Source: Candidatus Omnitrophota bacterium
Lineage (GTDB): Bacteria; Omnitrophota; Gorgyraeia; JAGLLT01
Reading direction: 5' to 3'
Length of the DNA: 64,000 bases
NCBI GenBank assembly: GCA_030632085.1
Contig: DAOVJY010000001.1
Location: 207,402 to 271,401 of the forward strand
In this document: piece by piece, positions 47,688-57,403 of the stretch
Layout of the letters: each line of letters opens with the position of its first letter
Position numbering within the stretch: position 1 is the first letter of the stretch
Position numbers and translations under genes: made by a program
Notes under the pieces: generated by a model
Seen by the model: only the letters and a program-made list of their open reading frames with translations
The model's database searches: none
What the model was told of the DNA's origin: nothing

Positions 47688-47716
47688 ATTTAAACATACA
47701 AATAATTCTGTGTCAA
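47688..47716 (-). promoter_or_regulatory. Candidate sigma70-type promoter for the Val-Asp-Phe-Thr tRNA array
   Basis: On the minus strand, TTGACA, a 17-nt spacer and TTAAAT lie about 14 nt upstream of the tRNA-Val 5' end, immediately after the glmS stop. Confidence 0.3.
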
Positions 47717-47719
47717 ATA

Positions 47720-49546
47720 CTATTCTACAGTTACGCTTTTTGCCAAATTCCTGGGCCTATCAACATCGCGCCCCTTGGCAACAGCCATATAATACGCCAA
47801 CAATTGCAACGGTATGGTAGCTAATATACAACTCAAATCTTCATTAACTTTAGGAATATGTATCACGTAATCTGAATGTTTCTTTATAATATTATCTCTT
47901 TCGGTAGCTACACTGACTACAATGCCGCATCTGGCTTTAAGCTCTTGGATATTTGAAAGCATTTTTTCATAAGTTACAGATTTTGGTGCGATGCATACTG
48001 TCGGAAGCTTCTCATCCACCAAAGCTATAGGCCCGTGCTTCATTTCACCGGCACTACAGCCTTCGGCATGAATATATGAAATTTCTTTTAATTTTAATGC
48101 TCCTTCAAGGGCGGTCGGATAATTTATATTGCGGCCCAAATATAAAAAACTACTAGCCTGCTTATACTTTTCAGCGCAACTCTCAATATCCTTTTTATTA
48201 TTTAAAATCCTTGTGATAAGCTTTGGAAGTTCTTCAAATTCTTTAACTAGCTTATGCTCTGTATTGCGTCCTATAACGCCTCTTAAAAAAGCTAAGTGGA
48301 CGGCTAATAAGTAAAATATGGAAATCTGAGCCGTATAAGCTTTAGTTGAGGCAACCCCTATTTCCGGGCCGGCATGAGTATAAATAACACTATCAGATTC
48401 TCTGACCATAGAAGAACCTATTACATTACAAACAGTAATAACTTTGAGTTTATTATGGCGAGCTAACCTCAAGGCTGCTAACGTATCAGCTGTCTCACCT
48501 GATTGACTTACCGCAATAACTAACTCATTTTTTATTGATGGTGGTTTTCTATAGCGATATTCACTGGATAAGTCAACTTCAACCGGAATGCGAGCATGCT
48601 TCTCTATTAAATATTTACCAATTAAACCGGCATGCCATGCCGTACCGCAAGCTATAATAGTTATCTTCTTTATAGATTTAAAGTCATTTTTGTTAAGTTT
48701 CAGTTCATCAAAAAATATTCTTCTTTTATCATCAATTCGTCTTTTTATTATGTTCAAAATTACATCAGGCTGCTCTTCTATTTCCTTGAGCATAAAATGA
48801 GAATAACCGCCTTTTTCGGCCGCGTTAATATCCCAAGTTATTTTTTCAACTCTGCGATTAACGTTTTTGCCTTTAATATTTTTTATCTGAACTTTCTTCT
48901 CATTTAGGACAACCACATCGTAGTCATGAAGATATATAACTTTCCTGGTATGCGTCAATATAGCCGGTACATCACTAGCTACAAAGTTCTCTTCTTTTCC
49001 AATACCAACAATTAAGGGGCTGCCGCATTTAACAGCGACAACTTTGTGGGGTTCATCTTTAGTAATTACAGCAATCGCGTATGAACCTTTGAGTTTTTTT
49101 ATTGACGAAAGGACTGCTTTTTCGAGGTTACCCTTATAATACTTTTCAATAAGATGAGCAATGACTTCAGAATCGGTTTTACTTCTGAATTTATGGCCTT
49201 CTTTAATAAGTTTTTCTTTTAACTCAAGGTAATTTTCAATAATTCCATTATGAACTATGGCAATACTTTTACTGCAGTCTGTGTGAGGATGCGCGTTAGT
49301 TACTGAAGGTTCGCCGTGTGTCGCCCAACGTGTATGACCGATACCAACGGTTCCCGAATAGTGGCTGCGATTGACAGAGTTATCCAGCAACTCGACTTTG
49401 CCTTTACTTTTAGCAACTGTTAGGTTGCCTTTGTCCAACAAAGCAATGCCGGCCGAGTCATAACCCCTATACTCAAGACGGCGCAAACCATCTATAAGTA
49501 TAGGCACAACTTCTTTTTTTCCTACATAACCTACTATTCCGCACAT
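47720..49546 (-). CDS. glmS: Glutamine--fructose-6-phosphate aminotransferase
   Basis: Start chosen at MCGIVGYVG (the Ntn Cys2), which is Met10 of the track ORF. The longer ORF would overlap tRNA-Glu. The SIS domains and the C-terminal ...RNLAKSVTVE are present. Confidence 0.9.
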   Translation of the reverse strand: MCGIVGYVGKKEVVPILIDGLRRLEYRGYDSAGIALLDKGNLTVAKSKGKVELLDNSVNRSHYSGTVGIGHTRWATHGEPSVTNAHPHTDCSKSIAIVHNGIIENYLELKEKLIKEGHKFRSKTDSEVIAHLIEKYYKGNLEKAVLSSIKKLKGSYAIAVITKDEPHKVVAVKCGSPLIVGIGKEENFVASDVPAILTHTRKVIYLHDYDVVVLNEKKVQIKNIKGKNVNRRVEKITWDINAAEKGGYSHFMLKEIEEQPDVILNIIKRRIDDKRRIFFDELKLNKNDFKSIKKITIIACGTAWHAGLIGKYLIEKHARIPVEVDLSSEYRYRKPPSIKNELVIAVSQSGETADTLAALRLARHNKLKVITVCNVIGSSMVRESDSVIYTHAGPEIGVASTKAYTAQISIFYLLAVHLAFLRGVIGRNTEHKLVKEFEELPKLITRILNNKKDIESCAEKYKQASSFLYLGRNINYPTALEGALKLKEISYIHAEGCSAGEMKHGPIALVDEKLPTVCIAPKSVTYEKMLSNIQELKARCGIVVSVATERDNIIKKHSDYVIHIPKVNEDLSCILATIPLQLLAYYMAVAKGRDVDRPRNLAKSVTVE

Positions 49547-49561
49547 GAGATTTACATAATT

Positions 49562-49639
49562 TGGCGTCCCCAAGGGGATTTGAACCCCTGCCGTCGGATC
49601 GAAAATCCGATGTCCTAGACCTGGCTAGACGATGGGGAC
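49562..49639 (-). tRNA. tRNA-Glu (anticodon UUC); CCA encoded
   Basis: GTCCCCATCGTCTAGCC...TTTTCGA...GGTTCAAATCCCC...GGGGACGCCA. Confidence 0.75.
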
Positions 49640-49658
49640 GGCCGGTTATTTTTTAAGA

Positions 49659-49734
49659 TGGTGAGCCGCCCAGGACTTGAACCTGGCACACCCGCCTTAA
49701 AAGGGCGGTGCTCTACCGGATGAGCTAGCGGCCC
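49659..49734 (-). tRNA. tRNA-Lys (anticodon UUU); CCA encoded
   Basis: GGGCCGCTAGCTCATCCGGTAGAGC...CTTTTAA...GGTTCAAGTCC...GCGGCTCACCA. The frr stop codon abuts its 5' end. Confidence 0.8.
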
Positions 49735-50292
49735 CTAAATTTCTCTTATCTCGACTTGCTTTTTCTCAAGCAAATCATCAATCTCTTTGATATATTTATC
49801 GGTGAGCTTCTGTACATCTTCATGACGACCGAATTCCTCATCTTCAGAAATTTCAGCAGAGCTCTTTGATTTCTTTATTTTTTCATTCGCGTCTCGCCTG
49901 ACTGCACGAATAGAAACCCTGCCCTCTTCAGCCATGTTTCTAACAACCTTGATCAGACTTTCTCTTCGCTCTTGCGTCAATTGCGAGATATTTATCCTTA
50001 TTACTTTACCATCATTATTGGGGGTAAGGCCGATATCCGACTTAAATATTGCTTTTTCTATAGCTTCCATTGAAGCCGGATCCCAAGGCTGAATTATAAT
50101 AAGTCGGGCTTCAGGTATAGAAATATTAGCTAACTGTTTTAAAGGTGTCGGATTTCCATAATAATCCACCTTTAAGTTTTCCACTAATGATTTAGAAGCT
50201 CTACCTGTATGCACCGAAGAAAACTCAACTTGAGTTACTCCTACACTCTTCTTCATTTTAGCTTCTGTATCAATTACAATTGCACTAGCCAT
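49735..50292 (-). CDS. frr: Ribosome recycling factor
   Basis: A 185-aa ORF, with a conserved RRF-like sequence throughout and the conserved rpsB-tsf-pyrH-frr gene order. Confidence 0.9.
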   Translation of the reverse strand: MASAIVIDTEAKMKKSVGVTQVEFSSVHTGRASKSLVENLKVDYYGNPTPLKQLANISIPEARLIIIQPWDPASMEAIEKAIFKSDIGLTPNNDGKVIRINISQLTQERRESLIKVVRNMAEEGRVSIRAVRRDANEKIKKSKSSAEISEDEEFGRHEDVQKLTDKYIKEIDDLLEKKQVEIREI

Positions 50293-50302
50293 TAATTAAC
50301 TC

Positions 50303-51028
50303 CTACTTAATAATTGTTCCTATTTTACTACCGGTTATAACTCGCTTAATATTACCCTTTTTAAGCAAATCAAAAACTATTATTTGTAATTTATTATCCA
50401 TGCAAAGACTAACCGCTGTTAAATCCATAACTTTAAGTTCTTTTTCAAAAAATTCCATATAAGTCAAAGATTTAATTTTTTTAGCTTTTTTATTCCTTAC
50501 GGGGTCGCTAGTATATACACCGTCAACTTTTGTGGCCTTTAATATTGCATCAGCCCCGATTTCAATTGCTCTTAAAGCAGCTGCCGTATCCGTTGTAAAA
50601 TACGGATTGCCTGTACCAGCTACAAAAATAACTACCCTATTTTTCTCAAGGTGCCGTATAGCTCTTCTTCTGATATAAGGCTCGGCTAGCTCTTTCATTT
50701 CAATGGCCGTCAGTACCCTGGTGGCTACACCAATTTTTTCCAAACTATCCTGAAGAGCCAAACCGTTTATAACTGTTGCTAACATCCCCATGTAATCGGC
50801 TGTTGAACGGTCTATTCCTTCTTTTTTTGAATTAGGTATACCTCTAAAAATGTTACCGGCACCTATCACAACAGCAATATCAACACCAAGATTGTTTACT
50901 TCTTTGATCTGTTTCGCGATAGATTTAATACTATCGGGATCTATACCATATCCTTTAGGCCCTTGCAGTGATTCACCGCTGAGCTTCAAAAGAACTCTCT
51001 TAAAAACAGATTTACTATTCTTTGCCAT
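50303..51028 (-). CDS. pyrH: Uridylate (UMP) kinase
   Basis: [10 protein letters not shown]...[13 protein letters not shown]...[23 protein letters not shown]. Confidence 0.9.
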   Translation of the reverse strand: MAKNSKSVFKRVLLKLSGESLQGPKGYGIDPDSIKSIAKQIKEVNNLGVDIAVVIGAGNIFRGIPNSKKEGIDRSTADYMGMLATVINGLALQDSLEKIGVATRVLTAIEMKELAEPYIRRRAIRHLEKNRVVIFVAGTGNPYFTTDTAAALRAIEIGADAILKATKVDGVYTSDPVRNKKAKKIKSLTYMEFFEKELKVMDLTAVSLCMDNKLQIIVFDLLKKGNIKRVITGSKIGTIIK

Positions 51029-51032
51029 TATT

Positions 51033-51620
51033 TTAGCTTAGTTTTTCACCTAGTGAAAACCTAATAAATCTTTTGATAACTATATTTTCTCTTATTTTTC
51101 CTACAATTTGATTCAGGTAATCTTTAATTTTGATTTTATCATCCTTAACAAAAGGCTGCTCCAATAAACATGTTTCCTGAAAATATTTATCTATTTTACC
51201 GTCAATAATTTTCTCAAGCACATTATCAGGTTTATCTTTAATTTGAGACTTTATAATCTCTCTTTCTTCCTCAATAACTTTAGTTGGAACATCCTCTCTT
51301 TTTAAATAAAGTGGATTAGTGGCCGCTATCTGTATGGCCACATCTTTAGTAAACTGCTTAAAATCATCACAATTAGCTACAAAATCAGTCTCGCAGTTAA
51401 CTTCAACTAAAACACCTATTTTGGCATTCGAATGGATATAACCTTCAACGCGCCCTTCTTCAGCAACTCTGTCAGCTTTTTTACGAGCTGTCACAATGCC
51501 CTTTTTTCTTAAAATTTCAACTGCTTTTTCAATATTTCCCTGGGTTTCGCTTAAAGCAACCTTACATTCCATTATTCCAGCGCCAGTCATCTGCCGTAGT
51601 TGCTTAATCTTTTCTGTCAT
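51033..51620 (-). CDS. tsf: Elongation factor Ts (short form)
   Basis: [19 protein letters not shown] (UBA-like N-domain). The ORF is 195 aa. Confidence 0.85.
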   Translation of the reverse strand: MTEKIKQLRQMTGAGIMECKVALSETQGNIEKAVEILRKKGIVTARKKADRVAEEGRVEGYIHSNAKIGVLVEVNCETDFVANCDDFKQFTKDVAIQIAATNPLYLKREDVPTKVIEEEREIIKSQIKDKPDNVLEKIIDGKIDKYFQETCLLEQPFVKDDKIKIKDYLNQIVGKIRENIVIKRFIRFSLGEKLS

Positions 51621-51622
51621 AA

Positions 51623-52495
51623 CTATTTCTTATCTCCTGCTGCTTCTTTTTTATTTTTAGATGTTACTTTTTTTGAATCGCTTTTTTTATCCTTTTTTTT
51701 GCTCTCCGGCTTCTTTAGACCTTTTTTATCGGTTTTAGAAACTTCTTGCTGATCTTCAGTTGCTTTCTTTTCTTCTTCATCTTTTAACCTGCGAATTTCT
51801 TCCTGCTCTAAGTATTCCTGTCTTCCTTCAATGATACCATCGGTTAATATAGAGCTAACTAATTTAATAGATCTAATCGCGTCATCGTTTCCGGGAACGG
51901 GAAAGTCAATTCCATCAGGATCACAGTTAGTATCAATTAGAGCTACAACAGGTATATTAAGCTTTCTGGCTTCTTTAATAGCTAAACTTTCTCTTTTGGG
52001 ATCAACTACAAAAACAGCTCCCGGTAATTTGCTCATTTTTAAAATACCGCATAAATTCTTTGTGAGTTTTTCAAGTTCTTGATTTAATGAAGCAATTTCT
52101 TTTTTAGTCAATTTATCAAAAACACCATCTTCTTTCATCCCTCTAATTTCATAGAGACGTTTTATACTTTTTTTGATGGTCTCAAAATTAGTTAACATAC
52201 CGCCCAACCAACGATTATTGACGTAAAACATTCCGCACCGCTGAGCTTCCTGATGGACTATATTCTGAGCCTGCTTTTTAGTACCTACAAACAAAACATA
52301 ATCACCCGCTGAGGCCACATCCTTCAGAAAATTTTTTGCCGCATTTAAGAGATTAGTGGTTAATTTTAAATTAATTATGTAAATTCCGTTACGTTCACCG
52401 TATATGAATTTCGCCATTTTGGGGTTCCAACGCTTAGTTTGATGCCCAAAATGTAAACCTGCTTCTAAAAATTGTTTTATTAGTTCTGTCGCCAC
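51623..52495 (-). CDS. rpsB: 30S ribosomal protein S2, with a lysine-rich C-terminal tail
   Basis: [19 protein letters not shown]...VFVVDP...[14 protein letters not shown]. Confidence 0.9.
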   Translation of the reverse strand: MATELIKQFLEAGLHFGHQTKRWNPKMAKFIYGERNGIYIINLKLTTNLLNAAKNFLKDVASAGDYVLFVGTKKQAQNIVHQEAQRCGMFYVNNRWLGGMLTNFETIKKSIKRLYEIRGMKEDGVFDKLTKKEIASLNQELEKLTKNLCGILKMSKLPGAVFVVDPKRESLAIKEARKLNIPVVALIDTNCDPDGIDFPVPGNDDAIRSIKLVSSILTDGIIEGRQEYLEQEEIRRLKDEEEKKATEDQQEVSKTDKKGLKKPESKKKDKKSDSKKVTSKNKKEAAGDKK

Positions 52496-52580
52496 TACAC
52501 GCGTTCCTCCTTGTGTTTAAATACATAAAATACAATAGAAAATAATTATAACATAATTTTATCCCAATGCAAGCTTTTTT

Positions 52581-54419
52581 TCAACTATCAATAAACTGTA
52601 AATCATGGAGCCTCTTATAATAACTTGCGTTCTTCATAAGCTCTTCATGGGTACCAACTTCGGTTATTTTTCCCTCATCCAACACTATAATTTTATCAGC
52701 ATGTTTAATCGTGGATAACCTGTGAGCAATAATAAATACTGTTCTGCCTTCAATCAGGTGATCAAGAGCCTCCTGTACCAATCTTTCGCTCTCACTGTCC
52801 AACTGCGAGGTAGCTTCATCTAGAATAAGTATGGGTGGGTTCTTTAAGATAGCTCTAGCCATGGCCAAACGCTGTTTTTCGCCTCCGGATAATTTAAAAC
52901 CCCTATCTCCGATTATAGTGTTATATTTATTGGGCAACTTATTAATAAAAACATGAGCATTAGCAATCCTTGCCGCCTTCTCTATATCTTGTATTTTGGC
53001 CCGACAGCTGCCATAACAGATATTGGCCTTTACTGTATCATTAAAGAGTATAGTCTCCTGGGTAACCACGGCAATACCTTTTCTAAGTGAGGCTACACTT
53101 AAATTTTTCACGTTGTTATTATCAATTTCAAGTGAACCCTTGCTGACATCATAAAAACGAGGAATTAAATTAACAAGAGTAGTTTTACCAACGCCACTTT
53201 TACCAACAATAGCAACTACATCCCCCTTTTTAATTTCTAAATTAATATCTTTAAGTATTTCGTTGTTATGGTATTTGAAACTAACATTGGAAAAAACAAT
53301 TTTATTCTTAAATGAAGCTAATTCTTTAGCCTGAGGCGCATCCTGAATATTCGGTTCAGATTCCAGTATTTCATATATTCTCGTTGAAGCAGCTAAAGCC
53401 TGCTGATTAATTCCATGAACCTTACTTAACTTCTTAAAAGGAGCTATCATTTGCAATAATAATCCCACAAACGCCGTAAAAGCACCCGGATCAAGCTCGC
53501 CGGATATCATCAACTTGCCGCCAAAGTAAATAACACTCACACCGGCCAATATCGCCACATACTCAGAGATAGGGCTTATGCAAACTAGTCTTTTAACAGA
53601 CTTAAGCATTATTTTATAGAAATCTTCATTTACTTCATTAAATCTCTTTTCTTCATACGAAGCCATATCAAAGGCCTTCACGATTCTAATACCTGAGAAG
53701 GTTTCGTAAAGAATAGAATTCATGTCAGCCATTTTATTCTGAGCATCAGTACTTATTGATCTGAGCTTCTTACCTATTCTAGTAACCGGATACACTATGG
53801 CCGGCATAATTACCAACATCATAAATATTAATGTCCAAGGAATAGCAAAAGCTATAATTAAAGTTACGGTTAAGACTATTAAAACTAAAAGTTCTATGCT
53901 GGAATATATTAAATCCCTTAATCCTTCCGCAACCGCGTTTTGGACTACCCCCGCGTCATAGGTTATCTTTGAAACTAATTGACCCGCTCTGTTTTCACTG
54001 TAGAAATTCAAAGATAAGCTTAATAATTTTTTATAAAGTTTATTTTTGATGTCTTTAACAACTTTAAGGCTCAATTTACTTAAGATGAAGCTATGCAAAA
54101 TAGTAAAAATCTCTTTGAAAAAGTAGGCCGCCGCTATACCGACAACCAACCATCCCAGGAGAGTTGATCTGTCAATAGAATTTACATAATCAATCATCTG
54201 CCTTATGTTCTCATCTAAAAATAGAGGTAAATGTATATTATTTGGAATATTTATTTTATTTCCGGCAATGAGAATGGTAATGAAAGGTATAATCGCTCCC
54301 ACTGAGGCCACTTTTTCGATTAACTGCGTTAAAAGCATGAAAAAAACCGAAATCGCGAAAAGGACCCTGTGCGGCTTTATAAAGTAAAGTAATTTTTTAT
54401 AATCTTCAAATTTTTTCAT
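52581..54419 (-). CDS. msbA: ABC exporter with fused permease and ATPase, MsbA-like lipid A/LPS flippase candidate
   Basis: Six-transmembrane N-domain, Walker A GKSGVGKTTL, signature LSGGEKQR and Walker B ILILDEATS. It sits next to the lipid A genes. Confidence 0.7.
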   Translation of the reverse strand: MKKFEDYKKLLYFIKPHRVLFAISVFFMLLTQLIEKVASVGAIIPFITILIAGNKINIPNNIHLPLFLDENIRQMIDYVNSIDRSTLLGWLVVGIAAAYFFKEIFTILHSFILSKLSLKVVKDIKNKLYKKLLSLSLNFYSENRAGQLVSKITYDAGVVQNAVAEGLRDLIYSSIELLVLIVLTVTLIIAFAIPWTLIFMMLVIMPAIVYPVTRIGKKLRSISTDAQNKMADMNSILYETFSGIRIVKAFDMASYEEKRFNEVNEDFYKIMLKSVKRLVCISPISEYVAILAGVSVIYFGGKLMISGELDPGAFTAFVGLLLQMIAPFKKLSKVHGINQQALAASTRIYEILESEPNIQDAPQAKELASFKNKIVFSNVSFKYHNNEILKDINLEIKKGDVVAIVGKSGVGKTTLVNLIPRFYDVSKGSLEIDNNNVKNLSVASLRKGIAVVTQETILFNDTVKANICYGSCRAKIQDIEKAARIANAHVFINKLPNKYNTIIGDRGFKLSGGEKQRLAMARAILKNPPILILDEATSQLDSESERLVQEALDHLIEGRTVFIIAHRLSTIKHADKIIVLDEGKITEVGTHEELMKNASYYKRLHDLQFIDS

Positions 54420-54499
54420 ATTTGGGTTATTTTATCACAAGGTAATTTTATTGTCGAGTTAAATTTTATTATGTAAGTCTTTGCGAGTTAGTTATTTAC

Positions 54500-54528
54500 T
54501 TGCTCAGATGCCTATAAAATGCTATAAT
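54500..54528 (+). promoter_or_regulatory. Candidate sigma70-type promoter for the Gfo/Idh/MocA-lpxB transcript
   Basis: TTGCTC, a 17-nt spacer and a perfect TATAAT; the -10 box ends about 22 nt before the GGAG-preceded ATG at 54550. Confidence 0.35.
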
Positions 54529-54549
54529 TCCTTAATTGGAGCAAAAACT

Positions 54550-55464
54550 ATGAAAATGATAAATGTAGCTGTAATTGGAGTTGGACATTTAGGCCAATAC
54601 CACACAAAGGTCTATAAATCCTTTAAAGACGTGGAATTAGTCGGAGTATGCGATATTAACATAAAACGGGCTGATGAGATCGCGGCCAGTTATAAAACAA
54701 ACGCTTATTATGATTACAAGACCCTCCTGCGCAAAATTAACGCGGCCAGCATCGCTGTTCCCACAAAACAGCACTATAAAATAGCCAAAGCTCTAATTCA
54801 AGCCGGAGTTCATATCCTAATCGAAAAACCTATTACCGAAAATCTTAAACAAGCCGAGGAATTAATTCGTTTAGCTAAAAAACATAGAGTCTTGTTGCAA
54901 GTTGGCCATATAGAACGCTTTAATTCCGCTGTCAGAGCCCTAAAAAAAATTATATATCGTCCTCAATTCATAGAATGCCACCGATTGGGAGCATTTCAAC
55001 CTAGGGGTATTGATGTTGGCGTTGTCTTAGATTTAATGATTCACGACATTGATATAATACTACACTTGGTAAAATCTGATATAAAGAAATGCGAAGCTAT
55101 AGGCGTTAAAGTGCTTTCGAACCATGAAGATATAGCCAATGTTCGCCTTGTCTTTAAAAATGGAGCTGTCTGCAATATAACTGCCAGCCGCATATCTCAG
55201 GAAACAGTTCGAAAAATCAGAATATTCCAGAAAGATACCTACATCTCACTGGACTATGTAAACCAAGAAGCCAATATCTATCAGAAAAAAAAGAATTCAA
55301 TTCACAAACAAAGCATTAATATTGAGAAACAAGATCCCTTAAATGAGGAATTAAAATCATTTATAACATGTGTACGATCAAACAAAAGACCTCTGGTTTC
55401 CGGAGAAGAAGCTACCGCGGCTCTTAAGGTGGCTTTAGATATTGTAAAAAAAATTCACAAATAA
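54550..55464 (+). CDS. Gfo/Idh/MocA-family NAD(P)-dependent oxidoreductase
   Basis: The start was moved to MKMINVAVIGVGHLGQYH (Rossmann motif), where a GGAG Shine-Dalgarno sequence lies 9 nt upstream. The track ORF begins 69 nt earlier with no Shine-Dalgarno sequence. The gene ends 1 nt before the lpxB ATG. Confidence 0.75.
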   Translation: MKMINVAVIGVGHLGQYHTKVYKSFKDVELVGVCDINIKRADEIAASYKTNAYYDYKTLLRKINAASIAVPTKQHYKIAKALIQAGVHILIEKPITENLKQAEELIRLAKKHRVLLQVGHIERFNSAVRALKKIIYRPQFIECHRLGAFQPRGIDVGVVLDLMIHDIDIILHLVKSDIKKCEAIGVKVLSNHEDIANVRLVFKNGAVCNITASRISQETVRKIRIFQKDTYISLDYVNQEANIYQKKKNSIHKQSINIEKQDPLNEELKSFITCVRSNKRPLVSGEEATAALKVALDIVKKIHK

Positions 55465-55465
55465 A

Positions 55466-56611
55466 ATGACTAAAAAATTATTTTTTATAGCTGGTGAATC
55501 TTCTGGTGACCTCCACGGAGCTCACTTGATTAACAATTTACTGGCGATAGACCCCACTATTGAAACTTGTGGTATCGGCGGACCTCAAATGAAAAAAGCA
55601 GGTGCTGAAATATTTGAGGACTTAACCGATGTAGCCGTCATAGGTTTTGCTGAAATTATAAAAAACCTTAAACGCTTTAAGGCCGCCTTCAACCTTGCCC
55701 TTAATAAAATTGAACAAATCAAACCTGACGCGGTAATCTTAATTGATTATCCGGGTTTCAATCTTAAAATAGCAGCCGAAATAAAAAAAAGAAACATTCC
55801 TGTAATATATTATATCAGTCCTCAGGTTTGGGCCTGGGGCAAAAGAAGAATTCAACTTATTAAAAAAATAGTCGACGTTATAATCGTGGTTTTTAAATTT
55901 GAAGAAACTCTCTATAAAGAAAACGGCATGAATGTCTCTTTTAATGGTCATCCCTTAATAGACATAGTTAAAGCTAATGACTATAATGAGAGTATTTTTC
56001 AAAATTACAACATAGATAAATCAAAAAAAATAATTTCTCTCCTGCCTGGGTCAAGAATTAATGAAGTAAATCGCATTTTACCTGTTATGCTTAAAAGCGT
56101 TTCCATAATACATAATAAAAATAATAATACTCAATTTCTAATTATAAAGTCGCCGAATTTAAGTTCTCAAATTTATGAAAAGATTATGAATATAAAAAAT
56201 TTACCGGTGAGATTAATTGAATCTGATACTTACAACCTCTTAAGTATTTCTGACTTTGCGATGGTTTGTTCTGGAACAGCAACCCTTGAGACAGCTATCT
56301 TGCAAATACCTATGTTAATTATATATAAAATCAGTTTTTTAAGTTGGTTACTTATAAAGAATTTGATAAATATACCTCACATCGGCCTGGTAAATATTGT
56401 AGCCGGTAAAAGAATTGTACCTGAATTTTTGCAGTATGAGGCTAGTGCTGAAAAGATTGCTGCTTATGTACTAAACATACTAAACGACAGTAAAAAAATT
56501 AACGAAATTAAATCTGATTTAAAACTAGTAAAGACTGCTTTAGGTGCTCCCGGTGCCAGCCAAAGAACAGCGGAGTATATTTTAACTTTTTTATCAAACA
56601 CTAAAAGCTAG
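55466..56611 (+). CDS. lpxB: Lipid-A-disaccharide synthase
   Basis: N-terminal FFIAGESSGDLHGAHLI is the LpxB signature (E. coli ALVAGETSGDILGAGLI). Confidence 0.85.
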   Translation: MTKKLFFIAGESSGDLHGAHLINNLLAIDPTIETCGIGGPQMKKAGAEIFEDLTDVAVIGFAEIIKNLKRFKAAFNLALNKIEQIKPDAVILIDYPGFNLKIAAEIKKRNIPVIYYISPQVWAWGKRRIQLIKKIVDVIIVVFKFEETLYKENGMNVSFNGHPLIDIVKANDYNESIFQNYNIDKSKKIISLLPGSRINEVNRILPVMLKSVSIIHNKNNNTQFLIIKSPNLSSQIYEKIMNIKNLPVRLIESDTYNLLSISDFAMVCSGTATLETAILQIPMLIIYKISFLSWLLIKNLINIPHIGLVNIVAGKRIVPEFLQYEASAEKIAAYVLNILNDSKKINEIKSDLKLVKTALGAPGASQRTAEYILTFLSNTKS

Positions 56612-57403
56612 TATAGTAATTCCTATTTTATTGGCTTTATTTATTAATTCTTCTCTATCAATTAAAAGCGTCTTTTGAGCTTCAACTGCAATAACTTTGA
56701 TCTTGCACTTTTTAAGAGTTTTAAGTGTTTTTAAACCTATAACGGGAATATCAAAGCGCATATCATGATTGGGTTTTGAAACCTTTACAACGACCGCTTG
56801 AGAACCACCTAATTTAGCTGCTCTTTTTATAGCTGCGTCCGTACCTTCAATTGATTCAACGGCTAATATGGCTTTGTTCTTGACGACAATAGTCTGGCCT
56901 ATAGCAAGGCGGGCAATTTCTTTAGCAATTTTTTTTGCAAATTCAATATCAGCCAACTCATCATTAGTCGGTTTCCTTTTAGTTAATAGCCCTTCAGGAG
57001 CTAAAAAATCTTTTAGTAAAAAAGATGAGTCCAGTAACTTTATATTCCTTTTATCAAGTTCAGTCGCTAAAGCATCCAATAAAGAATCGCCTCTTTTGTC
57101 CTTAACCCTTTTTAATATACCTTTGAGAATTTTATCTTTCTTCAACCACGGCTTAAATAAATTGACTGCTCTTATTTGACCAGCCATTATTGCTTGGGTT
57201 ATATTTTCACTCTTTAAAATATAAAAAAGCTTGCCAAGCTCTCCAATTCGTATCCAGTGAATTTTAGTTACATATTTACTAAGCTCCTTTGAAGTCTCAC
57301 CTAAAAAAGCAACAGCAACAATCTCTATACCCTGCTTTTTGGCAGAAATAGTCGCCATAATCGGAAAATTTCCATTACCCGCTATAAGCCCTAAGCGCTT
57401 CAT
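56594..57403 (-). CDS. lpxI: UDP-2,3-diacylglucosamine hydrolase LpxI (DUF1009 family)
   Basis: N-terminal MKRLGLIAGNGNFP matches the LpxI N-terminus (LGLIAGxGxLP). The ORF is 269 aa. Its 3' end overlaps the convergent lpxB by 18 nt. Confidence 0.65.
   Translation of the reverse strand: MKRLGLIAGNGNFPIMATISAKKQGIEIVAVAFLGETSKELSKYVTKIHWIRIGELGKLFYILKSENITQAIMAGQIRAVNLFKPWLKKDKILKGILKRVKDKRGDSLLDALATELDKRNIKLLDSSFLLKDFLAPEGLLTKRKPTNDELADIEFAKKIAKEIARLAIGQTIVVKNKAILAVESIEGTDAAIKRAAKLGGSQAVVVKVSKPNHDMRFDIPVIGLKTLKTLKKCKIKVIAVEAQKTLLIDREELINKANKIGITILAFSV

Noticed and set aside
49547-49573. An N-terminal extension of glmS (MGTPNYVNL) in the track ORF
   Set aside because: It would overlap tRNA-Glu by 12 nt. 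GlmS requires Cys as residue 2 (MCGIVGY), so the start at 49546 is preferred.
54481-54549. A longer start (MRVSYLLAQ...) for the Gfo/Idh/MocA ORF
   Set aside because: The Rossmann fold begins at MKMINVAVIG, with a GGAG Shine-Dalgarno sequence 9 nt upstream. The longer start would lie inside the promoter-like element.
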